The position numbers and the translations under genes were made by a program. Below are positions 11,989-25,499 of a DNA stretch of 64,000 nucleotides, one piece after another. Under the pieces are notes generated by a model, which saw only the letters and a program-made list of their open reading frames with translations, searched no databases and was not told where the DNA came from. The stretch lies in the NCBI RefSeq assembly GCF_009914755.1, contig NC_060927.1; one strand, given 5' to 3'. The stretch is from the human T2T-CHM13v2.0 reference genome, Homo sapiens. Positions within the stretch are counted from its first letter, which is position 1; each line of letters starts with the position of its first letter.

Positions 11989-12003
11989 TTGGCATAGCGC
12001 CAA
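11989..12003. promoter_or_regulatory. Full palindromic NFI site
   Basis: TTGGC-ATAGC-GCCAA fits TTGGC(N5)GCCAA. A YY1-like CAAGATGGCG lies nearby at 11945-11954. Confidence 0.55.
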
Positions 12004-14404
12004 AATGAAGCAAGCGGTGCTCTGATTTTTCCTCAGTTCTAAAATCTCCATTACCTACTGTATGAAAACAACTTCAAAATGAACCAGGCCATTATAATAA
12101 CTCTGATATCTGTTTTGGTCCAGCAACAATATGCAAACACAGAATAAGTATGAATTTAGAGGGAGTTATTAAGATTCATATTTACTTCCTGCTGGATGAT
12201 CCTGGAGTGTAGTTCATGTTGACTCAAATAGGCCACCCAAGTCCCATATGGAAAGAGCTTCTCCATCGGTAACACCATCCATCCTGAAGGCAGTCTATCT
12301 TTATAGTGGCTGTTAGCATGGGGCATTTCTGGCAGATTAATTTTAGCTCAAAGATAACCATTACCTACAACACTTTTGGAGTTTTCAAGATTCCTCCTAG
12401 ATATTGAAGGAAATTGGAACCTTATCCTTAACAATTTCTTGTGGGAGAATTTGTTTATTACTTCCAAGAAATAGAAATTATCTCTGCTGAGCTCTAAAGT
12501 GAGGTATCATCAATCTTAAGAAAACCAGAATAGAAAACACGGGCATAAGTTCTATTTCAGAATCCCAACAGTGATTGTCATATATATTTAAGGTTACACA
12601 TAAAAGAACAGGTGAGAAATAGTGTTTCTTTTTTAAATCATTAAACTGCTTTGTATTCTTTAAACATGAGCACTGTATTTGAAATAAAAGGTATTACTGC
12701 ATTATTACATTTTAAGTTGGTTTTAGTATTTTTATACCAGTGGGAAGTTTTAATTAGAAATCTTAGCTTATTCTATTCAAAAATGAATGAGATAGAGGTA
12801 AATGCAAATGAAGCATTAATCTGCTAAAAGTTTTTTTTCTCTTTATATATTTTGTTTTCTTTTTGTCTTCTGCCAAGCAAAAGAGCTCTGTGTATCAGTG
12901 CCAGGAGGAGCCTGGTAATGATTAATTGACTGAGCTGTCAAACTAGGACAGTATGTGTATAAGCAGGTGAGTAGTATGAGGGGCACAGGCTATCCCTCTT
13001 ATGAGAGAAACTTTGTTTGAAAGTCATTTGTAATTAAGAAAGGGTAGGAGGTGGTGGATGAAAAAAGAGACGAGAGAAATGACGAAATGAATGTTCCCAT
13101 TAAGAAGTTCATTATTAAGGGAAATTTCAAGCTTTCAAATATGCCCTAATCCTTCTCTATGTTAGCATGTTCTCTGTATATTTTAAGAATTATATTTTAG
13201 CTAATTAATAGGAAACTTACAATGTTCCAATGGTCAATCTGACAGTTTCCATTAAGTCTCTCTGGGCCTCAGTTTGCCTTTCATTTTGGAAAATTTACTA
13301 AATTTGCTTTATTCTTATTTTTTTTTCTGAAAATGGAAGTAAAACCTACCACAGAGAAGTACTATAAAGAAACATACAATTAACAATTTGACATAAAAAC
13401 AATATGCAGTCACACTAAGTACCGTTTAAGATTTTATTCTCACATTGAGTGGAGGAGGCCTTCATAACAGATATAGACTATTTCATCAATCAGGTTTCCA
13501 AAATCAGGCTTGGAGTTGCTCAATCTTGTTTTAATGGAATTAATACGATAGAATACACAAGGATCTTGCTCTGTTTTTGTTGGGTTGCCAGTTGCTTGAA
13601 CTTACTGATATAAGACTGTTCATGAAACCATATTACAATATTAAATTTTCTTTCCTTAAAAGTATCCTTGTTAAAATTTGAAATGCCAATATTTTTTCTA
13701 TTGGCATGATGAAACTACTGAACTTTTCAAAAGCACCATTTTTATTTATTTTTAGGGGCTCCGTTGGGAAAAGAGAATACAAATAAACCTTGTGTCTAAT
13801 ATTTTCTAAATTTATGGTTGTAACTCAGTAGTCTTAACTTTAAGAGGGCCATTCAGTGTTAGATATCTTGAGAGATCATACATGAAACTAACTCTAGTTG
13901 CATGGTCTGTGTTCACATAGAAGTTAGTTCACCATGTTCACCCACTAGCAGTGAGAAGACTTATGTTGCTTAAGTGTAATCTTTTCTTTTAAAATATTGA
14001 TGAGCTTTGAACCCAGAACCTAATCAAATACTTAATCATAGAAAACCTCAAAACAGAAGACATATACTTCATATAATTAATTCAGTTACAAGGATAGTTC
14101 ATCATTATTTCATTGTATCCTGAACTAACTGTACCAAAATTAATTTTTTCTGTAATAAAGTACCTTTTAAAGAATACAAGTTATATGCAATAATAAATTG
14201 GTATACACTCAGAAAATAAAGTGGTTCTATAACTATATGAACATCAAATAATACATTTCTAGTAGCACCTCTATTTGGATATTACTTAACAAGGTCTATG
14301 GATCTCATTCTCAAGAATTTTGTGAAATTGAACTATTAGGATAATAGTTACATTATTACACTGCTTCCACTAATGAACCTATATCTTATCTACTCTAATG
14401 ATGA

Positions 14405-14830
14405 TAATAATTAACATTTATTCAACAGTTATTTATGCCAAGCATTTAAGTTTCATAGCAGCACTCAGAGGTAGGTTTCATTTTCCACATGAGGAAACTG
14501 AGGTTAAGAAAAGATACTTTAACTTTCTGATCAGCACAGGAGTTTTGACCTGCTGTGTTTCTAACCTGGGCCAGCTCACCCCTCCTTGGGCAACCTGGTG
14601 GTTCCCTGCTCCTGGGAGGTCACCATATTGATGCCAAACTTGGTGCGGACACCTGATCCTGCTAGAGAACTCCTAGGCTCAAGCGATCCTCCCACCTCAG
14701 CCTCCCAAGTAGCTGGGACTACAGGCATGTGCCACCATGCCCAGCAATACTTTAATTTTCTAAAGCCATATTAGTTGCTGAATTGGAATTAGAAACCAAA
14801 TTCACCTAATCCGAAATCACATCCTATACC
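14405..14830 (-). mobile_element. MIR, interrupted by the 7SL copy
   Basis: MIR core 'catgaggaaactgaggttaagaaaag' before the insertion; MIR-like sequence resumes after 14761. Confidence 0.65.
14527..14745 (-). pseudogene. 7SL (SRP RNA) retropseudogene, 3'-truncated and tailless
   Basis: Reverse complement contains the 7SL Alu domain plus the S domain (GGCATCAATATGGTGACCTCCC...CAGGTTGCC...GCAGGTCAAAACTCCTGTGCTGATCAG). TSD atactttaa(c/t)tttct at 14514-14528 and 14747-14761. Confidence 0.93.
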
Positions 14831-16099
14831 ACCCACCACTACCAACTCTCCCCTCCACCCCCCAACCCAGGCCCTGGACACTTTTCCTATTCTGCTCTTT
14901 ACGACTTCTGCTTTTAAGCCTTTAGTTTTACGTGAACAAACGTAGTTGGATTTTTTTTGTGGGGTTTATGTCATTCCAACTTTTTATATAGGTAGCAGAC
15001 ATTACTAAAGAGTTTTTTTGCATGTATCTTCCAGAAGACATCCTTCATTTGTAAGATCTTTGTAAGTTCTCATTTTCTGTTCTAATTAATTTTTAGAATG
15101 TTTCTCATCAATATAGGATTCATGCTCTTGGTGCTTTTTATTCGATTTCCCATTCAACAAATGAAAAATATTTTTATAAATGATTTAAAAAATCAATAAA
15201 CAAAGAAAAACAAAACAAAAACATTGGACTGAACAGGCAAAGTGTACTGGAAACTGGGCTGGAAACTTGGGATAGAGAACTTATTAAAGTCCAGTCCATA
15301 AAGTAACTAAGTCAAAAGAAGACAGGCATGTAAACAAATAAATTAGAATACAGGTAATAAATACAATGACAGGAACATGGGTATGTAATAGAAATAGTTT
15401 TGAGAACTGATTTATTTTTTGGGGGGTGCAGGTAAAGGTGGAGGGACAAAGAATTACAAAAATGACACCTGAGTTGAGTTTTGAAATATGAATAAGATTT
15501 TGCCTGGTATGTAGAGGCTTAAGATGGTTATGGGAGGAGAAAGGGATTCTGGGCTGAGGGCAAATATATCATGCATGATCCAGCTAGTCGGGGCATAAGT
15601 TCAAAGTATAATTTCCCAGGAATAACTCTAAAAAGGCACTTCTCTGCAAAGCCATCATCCAGAAAATGTCAATGCCCCTTTTTACACATCCTTCTTGTCA
15701 AGAGGTCAGAATACTGCAGTGGCAATTTAAACACCAGTTACATTTATGCTTTGTAGGTCCATCTTTTGTATATTCTCTGAAGATCTTATTTGATTGTACT
15801 ATTTATTTTTGTTATTTTATTAACTACATTCCTAGTTCTGCTTATATGAACAGGATCAGATCAATCACTAATACCATTCTACAGAAAAAAAGGGCACAAA
15901 GCACTATTAATGCTGTTATTTCTTTACAATATTTATTCATACGGAAAAAATCCAAAGTAGAGTCTGATTATCCTAGCCATCAAAGATTAAAATAAGGTTG
16001 AGAACTACTCTACCGGATTACAGTGCTTGTGGACAAGATATATTAGCAAATATATTTTAGTAATTGTTACACAACCAGTTTTTTTTAAAATAAATGTTT

Positions 16100-16290
16100 T
16101 ACATGTAGTAACTCAATTTAATCTTTACAACAACCTTGAGAGGTGAGTATTATTGTGATTTGCATGTTACAAGTGTATACACTGAGGCACAGAAAGGTTT
16201 AGTAACTTGGTCAAGTTTAAACACAGTTTAAAGGGATAGAGTTCAAATTCAGACTCAGACAGTTTTGCTTCAGAGTCCATGCTTCTAAAT
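16100..16290 (-). mobile_element. MIR
   Basis: 'actgaggcacagaaaggtttagtaacttggtcaag...cagagtccatgcttctaa' is the antisense MIR core. Confidence 0.8.
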
Positions 16291-16423
16291 GCTGACTGTG
16301 TTATGTTGTTGATGAACAAAACAAAAGAGAGCCTTGTTTTATTAAGATTATTCAGCAAATTATTACTTAGAATCTACTACTTTTCCAGCCCAACTTTTTC
16401 ATTGTTCTGAAATAAAACAAAGC

Positions 16424-16449
16424 AAAAAAAAAAAAAAAAAAAAAAAAAA
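16424..16449. repeat. Poly(A) tract, 26 nt
   Basis: Seen directly; AATAAA lies at 16411-16416. Confidence 0.95.
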
Positions 16450-17639
16450 CAAAAAACAGAAGTCAAAGTTCTTTTGCTAAAGGAATTTATGACTTTTCTT
16501 TAAAGATAATATTCCAAACAATTGGCAAGTACAGCAAGATCAATTGCAGAAGTAATAATGAAAAAGCAATAAGCCTTTTTGCTAATAATGAAAATATGAC
16601 AAAATCATAATTAGTTAACTTCGCTATTTTATTTTAGTATGTCAAGACAATTTTGATTACTCATTGGGTGCGGAACCCTAAAAAAGCTAAAAAATATACA
16701 ATTGAGGGGTTAAAAAATCTAACTGGAGATATTTTTCATACCTATGTGAAAAGAAACAGCAATACAAGGAATGTATCAATAAGGAAGTGAGAGAAGAATT
16801 AGTTAAGAAATATTCATCTATGTCTATTATGTATACAATTCTATACCAGGCATAGCAAAATGCAAAACATCTTGTAAGCAAGGTCAGTGATAAACATTAG
16901 TTTATAATTTAACAGGAAAAAGAAATCACACATTCCTTGAGAAACACTGCCAGGTAACAGAGCAACAAATGAAATCTGGCTGCCAGCAATGTTGATACAT
17001 AAAGTAAAACTATGTAGAACACTCATAAAGGTATAAAAATCCCCAGAAACACTTCCAGGAAGGTGAGAAGTTTGAACCAGTCATAAGGAAATGAAGCATG
17101 CATTGGCAGGGTACCACAGGACAATCTGTGCAAAGTGCTCCAAAACGCCATGAAGAAAATGAGTTAATGGAAGGAGAAGGTGCAAGGCAACTGGACTTGG
17201 CGCAATAGAGATAGGCAAAGGGTTAGTGTAACAAATGATGCTACTGATGGTGTGGGCAGTCAAGAGAAAGTCTTGAATTCGGGGCTTGGAGATGAAATGT
17301 GACTCATTAGGCATTTAGGAACCACACTAGTAACTTGAGATAGGAGAGGAAAGAAAAGATTGTCTGGAAGTTGCATGTAGGATGAATAAGAGTATGTGTG
17401 AAAGATTGATGGCAGGTCAACAACTCAAAGTGGTTGGACACCAAAGCTAAGATAGAAGCTGTGATATTTAGGAATAGAGCTGAGGTTGAGAGATTTAGCA
17501 AGGGAATTAGCCAAGGGACCGATTAGAAGTTATTAAGGCAACCCTCAATTTTTCATTTGAAATGATTTATTAGAGAAGAAATATTAAGGGACCAAGGAAA
17601 AAGACAGCCATTAGAAAAGGAGTTGAAAGACTGTTTGGA

Positions 17640-17762
17640 AGAGAAGGAAGAGGAGGAGGAGGCTGGGAGAGGAGGAAAAAGAAGGAAGAAAGAGGAGAAG
17701 GAGGAGGGTTAAGTGGAAAAGAAAAAGGATTTGGTGTGTGTATGTGTGTGCACGTGTGTGTT
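17640..17762. repeat. GA-rich low-complexity tract followed by (TG)n
   Basis: gaggaggagg/aagaagg runs, then gtgtgtgtatgtgtgtg. Confidence 0.8.
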
Positions 17763-19554
17763 GCAATTAATCTAAAAGAATCATCATGGTCATGATAAAT
17801 ACTGTCGGTTAATCAATTCTACAAAATTTCCTTTTATCTTTCAATTGCCTCAGCAGTAGCTTAATATTTACTCTACACCCACATTATACTGGGTACTGGT
17901 AGAAAAATCTGTGTGTTGTTGCTGGCAGTATCCCAGGATGTATGGTGTTCAGGTAGAACCAGTAGGTGTTAATTGATAATTGGGCTTTATGGAACAAGAT
18001 TACGTTTTTACTGTGCATATTTGCCTCCACAATATCAGAAACATGATGATTTTTCATATAAATTGAGAGGCTTTTTTGAAATATATGTTGCCTGCACTTA
18101 GTATTTCTCATGAATATTTCTAATACTCATTCACAATGCATTCAGGTGTTAACTACAGCCTAACAAATGCATAGGTGAATATGAACACACTGTAAATTGT
18201 AGCCTTTGTAGAATGCCTACATTGTTTAAGTCCCTGTAGCATTGAATGTGAAGCAGAGCCCACTCTGCTCTATCCATCTCTTGACAATGCATCCGAGGAA
18301 AATAGAAAATGATGGCCTCCCAAATCTGCACATTAGTGAACACAAACTCAGCCATACAGTGACATCTTTCTCCTTAAAAATAATGATGCAGGCTGTCTCC
18401 ATTACTTAAGAAAGCCCGAGCTCACACTGAAAGGTGTCAAAAAACACTATTATCCCACTTTGCCTGGAGGTGCCTTGACAGCACCTTTCCTGCCATAAGA
18501 ATGGATTACAGGCAGGGTGGTAATCAGCCAAGAAGTTAGTAAGAATAAGTTCTTTTAAGAGCAGAGTATGAATCTGTGAACATAATAAAAGGAGTTTACC
18601 ACCATACCGAATAAGGGAACACTTAGCTCCTTGCTGCCTTAAACTAACCAGGAAGAGCACGACCCCTTGCTACAGGTTAGTGAAGGGCAGCAGGGACTTA
18701 ATTGTCCTATGATAAAAAACCCGATGAGTGCTCTGCGAAGCCCACTGAGTAACAACTATGTCGAGCTCCAAGGATCTCTGGTGAAAGGTGCCATAGGGAG
18801 GCATAGAGACAAACTGATATGGGGAAAAGTGAGAGACAAACAGATGGAAAAATGAAAGGGAAAGAGAGGCATGAGAGGAACTGGATGATGTTTTACACAG
18901 GCAACAGAAGGAGAAAACAAGAGTCAAAGACAGAATAGGAGAGACACCAATCTAAATTCAAAGAGTTTAGTTCAACAGATTTAACACAGTCTAATTCAGC
19001 AGGATTCTCTGAGATGTCCACCCAGTGTGCACAATTCTTTCCAGGATAGCACTAAAGAAATCCCCTAAAGGCCCACAACAGCAAGTGTTCTATTATTCCT
19101 CTAAGTTTTCCACCTGCTCACCTAATTTACTCAACAGATTCTAACTGGCTAAAACTGATACCTTAACAAGAAGCAAAACTCAAGGGAGACTTCAGATAAA
19201 GGAGAGCCAACATTGTCACACAAGACAAGTGCATAGAAGGTGTTGTGAAAGGAAGAAAACCCAGGTGTGAAAAGAGCCATGATTTGAAATCTTTCTTCTT
19301 TTCCTTTTTGAATTAGATTTGTCTGTCTGTAGGAGACCAGTTCATTTCCTTGTCTCTCCATCTGGAAGTATGGCTGCTGCTACCATGTTGGTCTTCAGGG
19401 CATTATATTCTTCGGTATGTACTTGTACCTTTATGAGGATACCTACTGATTAAAAACTTACGCTGGAGGAACAGCAAGCAGGCTGGTATACCTGGAAGGA
19501 ATGGACAAGGGGCAGACTCTGTCCATGTCACTTGTGGTGCTGGATGCCAAAACT

Positions 19555-19745
19555 ATGTGATTTCATTTAACTCTTACAAAAATGCTATGAGAATGGTATT
19601 ATTAGCCTCATTTTTCATAAGATTGTGCTGAAAGTTCAAAGAAGTTAAGTAACTGTCCAAAGTCCAGGTAAACAGGAGGTTGCAGCCCTGACATTCAAGC
19701 CCAGGCATGTGGACCCCAAAGTTAAAATTTCTTTCACTCATTTAA
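19555..19745 (-). mobile_element. MIR
   Basis: 'atttaactcttacaaaaatgctatgagaatggtattattagcctcattttt...gaagttaagtaactgtccaaagtc'. Confidence 0.7.
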
Positions 19746-20279
19746 TATTACCCCTCATTTTTTGGTAATAAGAAGATGAAATTTTACTAAGTGACATATT
19801 ATTTAAAGAAATTATAAAAATAGACAAGTAGATAGATTTACCAAGCAGAGTTCATAAAACATAATGTGGACTGGGATCATCAACTTGTTTGGATAAAGAT
19901 ACTCAGTTCACAGATTTTCAGGACTTTTTCCTCATCCAATTTCAACTAGTTTAATTTTTCTGCAGTACATTCTCTGCTTAGGCATACAGGCTAGTCTTAC
20001 TCTCCAAAGAAATTCTTGTTGTTAATCCATAGTTTAAAGCTAGCATTTATGCCCAGATGGGGAATCCCTCTGAGCTTCTCAATCAAAGGTCCTGCCCATT
20101 GACATCTTCTGATTTCTAAATGTTACCCTTGCACTGGGGCTTTTTCTTTAATTTGATTTTTTGTATCTAAAGAGTATCCTAAGGTCTCAGCTCAATTGCA
20201 TAACAAATTTGACTGGGATTCCTAAAGAATAATACATCCTTTTGAAAATTGGTTATATACAGATTCTCAGATTCACCAG

Positions 20280-20775
20280 TAATCTACCGCTTCTCATCAA
20301 CTTCCCTGCTAGCTCCCAACCTACTAGTCAAAGTCACCATCATCTCTTGTATGAATTGTTTCAATAGCTTCTTACCTTTTGTTCTGCTTTCACCATTTCT
20401 CCCCTATTGTCTATTTTTCAGAGTGGAGAGTAGCCAGAGCAATTCCTTGAAATTCTAAATGAGATTGGGTCCCCATCATCTACTCAAGGCCTCCTCTGGC
20501 TTTCCTTGTCACTCAGAGTAAAATCTAAATTTCTGGTCATGGTTTAGAAGGCCTTACAGAGTCTGCCCCTTGTCCATTTCTTCCAGGTATACCAGCCTGC
20601 TTGCTGTTCCTCCAGCATAAGAATTCCAAGTATGTTTCCACCTCAGGCACTTTGCACCTCCTGGTCTCTCTGCTCAAAATGCATTTCCTCCAATAGTCAT
20701 ACATTTCCCACCATCCATTTTTCTTGGGTTCTCTACTTAAATACCACTTTGTCAGTAAAGCCTTCCTGGCAACCC
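20280..20775. mobile_element. L2 fragment
   Basis: L2-like text, e.g. 'gtcaaagtcaccatcatctcttg', 'actcagagtaaaatctaaat', 'ccacctcaggcactttgcac'. Confidence 0.65.
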
Positions 20776-21027
20776 ATTCTTCTTCTTTGATTAAGATTTT
20801 CAGATCATCTTTTTTTACTTTTTAACGTCTCTGAGAATTGGACGCATCTAACGATTGATGATCTCTTACGATTATAATTGGAAGCTTTTCTTTTAGTTGG
20901 TAGATAAATATAGTTATGTATTTGCAACTGTTGATGTCTTTGGCTTAATGAAAATTTAGCACTACCTGCTTCTTTCTGCATCATCACCTTTTTTGCCCAC
21001 TTTATTTTTTCTTCATGTCACCCAGAT

Positions 21028-21790
21028 GTATGAGCAGTAACAGATTATGCCACTCCAAAATATACCTCTTGGGCATATCAATTATTTTGAGCTAAAGGTC
21101 ATTGAGAACCAGCAGACTCAAGAAAACCTCTAAAACAGGGCCCAAGTTTTCCCTTTGTAAATAAAAGTTACATTTATTTTTTAAAATCCCATTCGTAGAG
21201 ATGTCGCCCTCTTCTTTACCAGGGAAGGAAGGAGTCTTAGCTTTTATTGGTGGAGAAATTTAAATTTGCACAATAAAACTTATTTAAAAACTCTTGTTCA
21301 CCAGACTTTTTTTTTCAACTTTTATTTTAGGTTTGGGGATACATGTGCAGGTTTGTTACATGGGTATATTTCATGTGGCTGAGGTTTGATGAATGAATAA
21401 TCCCATCACCCAGGTAATGAGCATATAACCCCACAGGGAGTTTTTCAGTTCTCACCCCCTCCTGCCCCACCCCCTCTGTAGTCCCCTGTGTCCATTGTCC
21501 CCATCTTTATGTCCAGTAAACTCAATGCTCCACACTTGTCTTGATCACCTTCCTATAATTTGGCTACCCATCTAGAAGTCCCAATCTCCTTTTGGTTGGT
21601 TATAGCCTAAGATAATATGTACATACAGGTTCTAACCACTGCTTTGAGTTACACATCTCTGAGCACTCCCATTTGTAAGTACAATGCTCAAGTTAATAAA
21701 ACTCTGCTTGTTTTTCTCTTATGAATATGTCTTTGGTCAATTTTATTTGCAGGGCCCCAGCTGGAGAATGTATGATGGATAGAAGAAGAG
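21028..21790 (+). mobile_element. MER34/MER39-like solo LTR (ERV1), interrupted by an L1 3' fragment
   Basis: 'tatgccactccaaaatatacctcttgggcata...ttattttgagctaaagg' is characteristic of this family. AATAAA near 21695; ends ...TTTACA. Confidence 0.7.
21307..21530 (-). mobile_element. Short 5'-truncated L1P (L1PA/PB) 3' end
   Basis: Poly(T) followed by 'atacatgtgcaggtttgttacatgggtata'. Confidence 0.8.
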
Positions 21791-24700
21791 ATTATTTCTC
21801 CTTCTTTACAGGTAGGTATACTATATATTTATTCATTTAATTGTTTACTTTCTTCTTCAACTAGAAAGTCAGGCCCCTAAGGGGAGGAACTTTCTCTTTT
21901 GGATCACAGTTTTACTTCCATGTCCAAAATAGTGCTTGGCGTATTTTGGAAACTCCATAAAATACTTGTTGAATGAGTAAATTAAAGATTCTCTCTGATG
22001 ATTCTCTCAGATATCAGTCCTGCTGTCCTACCAACTAACGTGATAGTTAATAGAGAGGCATGAGACACTGTCCTGTAGACAGTATCGGGGGAATATAGTC
22101 TCTCCTGAAGCCATATGCAAAAAAGTTGGAAATAAACTGCTAAAAATCCAGTAAAACAGCATAGGCATCCTTTAAAAATAATGAAGTCTTAAAATACCTT
22201 TACAGCTTAATGGAAAAAAACAAACACAAAAAAATCCTAATAACACTGATAGCTAGTAAACCTTGACAAGGGGCTGTGTCAGATCATGACAAATGCTTTT
22301 TAAATAACCATTTCTAAGGTAATTCATTTGGGAATATGCAGAACAACTCAATTTTAATAACGGATTTCTATTTTCAATTGCTCCTGAAGACTTGCTGTTT
22401 TTACTCAGAACACCAATCACAAGAGACAACAATTCCTCCTCTGTGTGTGCAGCCACCAAGAGGAAGGAGTTGCTAAAATTCCTAGGCTGCCCAAGTACAT
22501 CCATTAGCAGAGAATCAAGTCTATCCACGGATTTCTAGGGTGTGAACTATTTTACAGTATTTATATTTTACCGGATTTCAAGGGGTATTTGTAAAAAAAT
22601 AAAGGCTTACAAAGTAAGCCTTTGTAAATAAATGATTTACTAGTGTAGCCACTGACCCACGATATTATTCCCTCTGTTTTTGTAACTCAGTGAAAGCTTT
22701 AAAATTCTCTGAGTTGGGGCTCCAGGGAGTAGCCTCCAATTTGTTCAAACAAAGGAATCTACAGCAAATCCCATGAACTCATCTGCTAAATAGTCTCCAA
22801 AATTTGATGTTCAGATGTTCTTCTATGGACATGGGCATTTCAGCATGTTATGGACAGCAGACTTGTCTGTGGAAATGTAGTTGCTTTGATTGGCAGATGT
22901 CCCTATGAATGTATCTCTCTCGCTAAGGTTATATTTTCTATCTTCTAACTTAATAGCCAGACCGATTTTAAGAAAAATTGGGTTGAGAGAAATATTCTGA
23001 GACTGAAGCTTTCTCCCTCAAATACTGTACCCTGCGGCCAATTTATACAGCTGGGGGAGAACGGGCACGGAATATGATGATTGACAGACCCTTGGGAACA
23101 AGATTATTTTCTAGTGTCACAATCATCTTTATATATTTTTGTCTTGGTTTCAGAGGCCCTTAAATAAAAACTACCCCCACCCAAAATAATGTACTCATGG
23201 CAATTCCAGAAGACACTATTCTCCTTTGAAAATAAAACAAAAACTATGCTCCTCTCTTTCAACTCTGGGTCTTAGCTCTCTGGCATTTGCACTTGAAAGT
23301 TTTCCAACACCTTTGAAGTGAGAGACTTGAGATTTTTCCGGCTGCTTAGAGCACATGGTTCAGTAGACCTCAGTGTTCCTGGGATGGTTGGTTTTTTTTT
23401 TTCTATCCTTTTAGTCACAGGAAAAGCTCCTATGTTACAACTCAGTACCGTGTCAGAGTGATACTGCTTCAATAACCCCTCTCCTCCTGCTCACTGACTG
23501 CTCATGAATCTCGTCAGACCTAGAGGAAGCCTTCTTTCATTTCTTGTCTGTCATGTGCTATACAAAGGGAACATAAAAAATTACAGCTTTTAAAAATAAA
23601 TATCTCTGCACATTCATTAAACTTTTTTTCAGGGAAAATTATTTAAAACAAAGTTGCAAGTGAATCAACCAGCCATCTCCCCAAAATGCAGCTAAATTGA
23701 ACAGTTGGGTTTGCATTATTGGTTCATTCCAAATAAGATGCTATGCAAGCCAACTATAAATGCTATTTGACCTTAACTAGGAAAGCAGCCTTTTAAATGA
23801 ATGGATCATTTCTATACATTACACAACTCATCTACTCCATCATGCAAGATGCACACACACTTTTTCCTATAATGCTTATCCTTGACAGTCAACACTCTTC
23901 TGAGCAAACTAGCCCTGACATCCCTCATGGGAAATACCTACTAATGTATTAAATAGTCTGTAAGAGATTATAGAGTGGGATCTATAATTAACTCTAGAGA
24001 AGTTGGCATTAAACTATAGGGTGGGTAAGATTCAACTAAGGCTATTGTTAGAGTAACTGAATCAAATTCTCGAAGTGGGGCCTGAGAGTCTAAATTTTGA
24101 TCATACATACTGGATGAATTTGATGGAAATGGTCGAAAGGCCAGACCCGAGAAAGCCCTGGCTCACAGAGTTGACTTCTCCATGAAAAGTTTATGGAATA
24201 ACTACACTAACTTAAAGATAAGTTCCTCCTTAGGCTTATCATCTCATGCAATATATTGAGGTATTGGGAGGCTATGAGGCACTGTCTCTTAAAATGTGAG
24301 TATGTTAACCTGAAAAATAAATTTATTTGGTATATCAGGGACTATCAATATCTGAGCATAGAAAACATTTTGCTAGGCATCAACCAGGAATGGAACTCTA
24401 AGGAATTAGAATAAGCAAACATTAATGGAAGGGGGTCAGAAATATTTGGATGGAATGAGTTACTGCAGTAGGAGTTCAGGCAAGCAAGGGAAGAGTAAGC
24501 AATCAATGAGGAAGTATGAGGAACAGGACTTCTAGATGTGACTAAATAATATATTAACCATACCTCCATATTACCTTCCAGTTTACAAAGTGTTTTCATG
24601 TATTAAAAAATTTTGTTTATGACCATCCTGTAAAGAAACGTGTACTATCAGAAGTGTAATAATTAGCAAAATGTCTCAAGTCAAATTTTTCTGCTTTTAA

Positions 24701-25193
24701 ATTCCTTTTTAATCACTTCCTATCTTTGTGAGTTTAGACAAAAAAAAATTTAGCCTTTCTGGATTTCAGTGCCCTGTCTGTGTAGTAGGAACAATGATAA
24801 TGCTTACCTCATGGGGCTATAACAAAACTCAATAAAATGAATGCAAAATATTTAGTCATCACAATGTCTGACACTTAACACAAGTTCAAATGTAAATTTT
24901 CTTATTTTTTACTTGAAAGGGAAACAGACTCAGAAAATTATGTGACTGGCTCATTACACCATAATTACATTTGGGAGGACTGAACTCCAGTGTTTCTGAC
25001 TCCTAAGTCACATTCCAGCTCTTTCCTCTACACTAGATTTCTTGAAAAGGACAAGTTAAAGATCAAGAAATGAATACCTCACCTAATTCATAATGACTTT
25101 AAACAGTACATTTATAATCTATACCTTGCTTATTGTGACAAAGGCCGCTGTGAAACTGTACTAGCATATTGTCTCAAATATCTTTTACAAATA

Positions 25194-25421
25194 CAGATTG
25201 AGTATGTCTTATTCAAAATGCTTGGGACTAGAAGTGTTTCAGATTTTGGATTTTGTCCGATTTTTGAATATTTGTATTATGTTGGCTCAGCTTCCCTACT
25301 CCAAAAATCTGAAACCCAAAATGCTCCAGTGAGCATTTCCTTTGAGTATCATGTTGGTGTTCAAAATATTTCAGAATGTGGAGGATGATTTTAGATTTTC
25401 AGATTAAGGATATTCAACCCA
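25194..25421 (+). mobile_element. Tigger4a (MER46-type) Tc1/mariner MITE
   Basis: TA|CAGATTGAGTAT...ATATTCAACCCA|TA: degenerate TIRs flanked by TA. Internal 'aaaatgcttgggactagaagtgtttcagatttt'. Confidence 0.85.
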
Positions 25422-25499
25422 TACAATAAAACTAGAATAAATTCTAATTCACGGTTTGTAAAAATCCCAGCTCTATGGGACTATCCAACTGCGATTTTA

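Noticed and set aside
14586-14774. Calling this segment a FLAM/Alu monomer
   Set aside because: It is contiguous with the 7SL S-domain sequence that Alus lack, so it is a 7SL copy.
20249-20300. Peptide repeat VIYRFS..VIYRFS with synonymous differences
   Set aside because: Only six codons, at the edge of an L2 relic, with no splice or ORF support. Most likely a decayed short duplication or chance.
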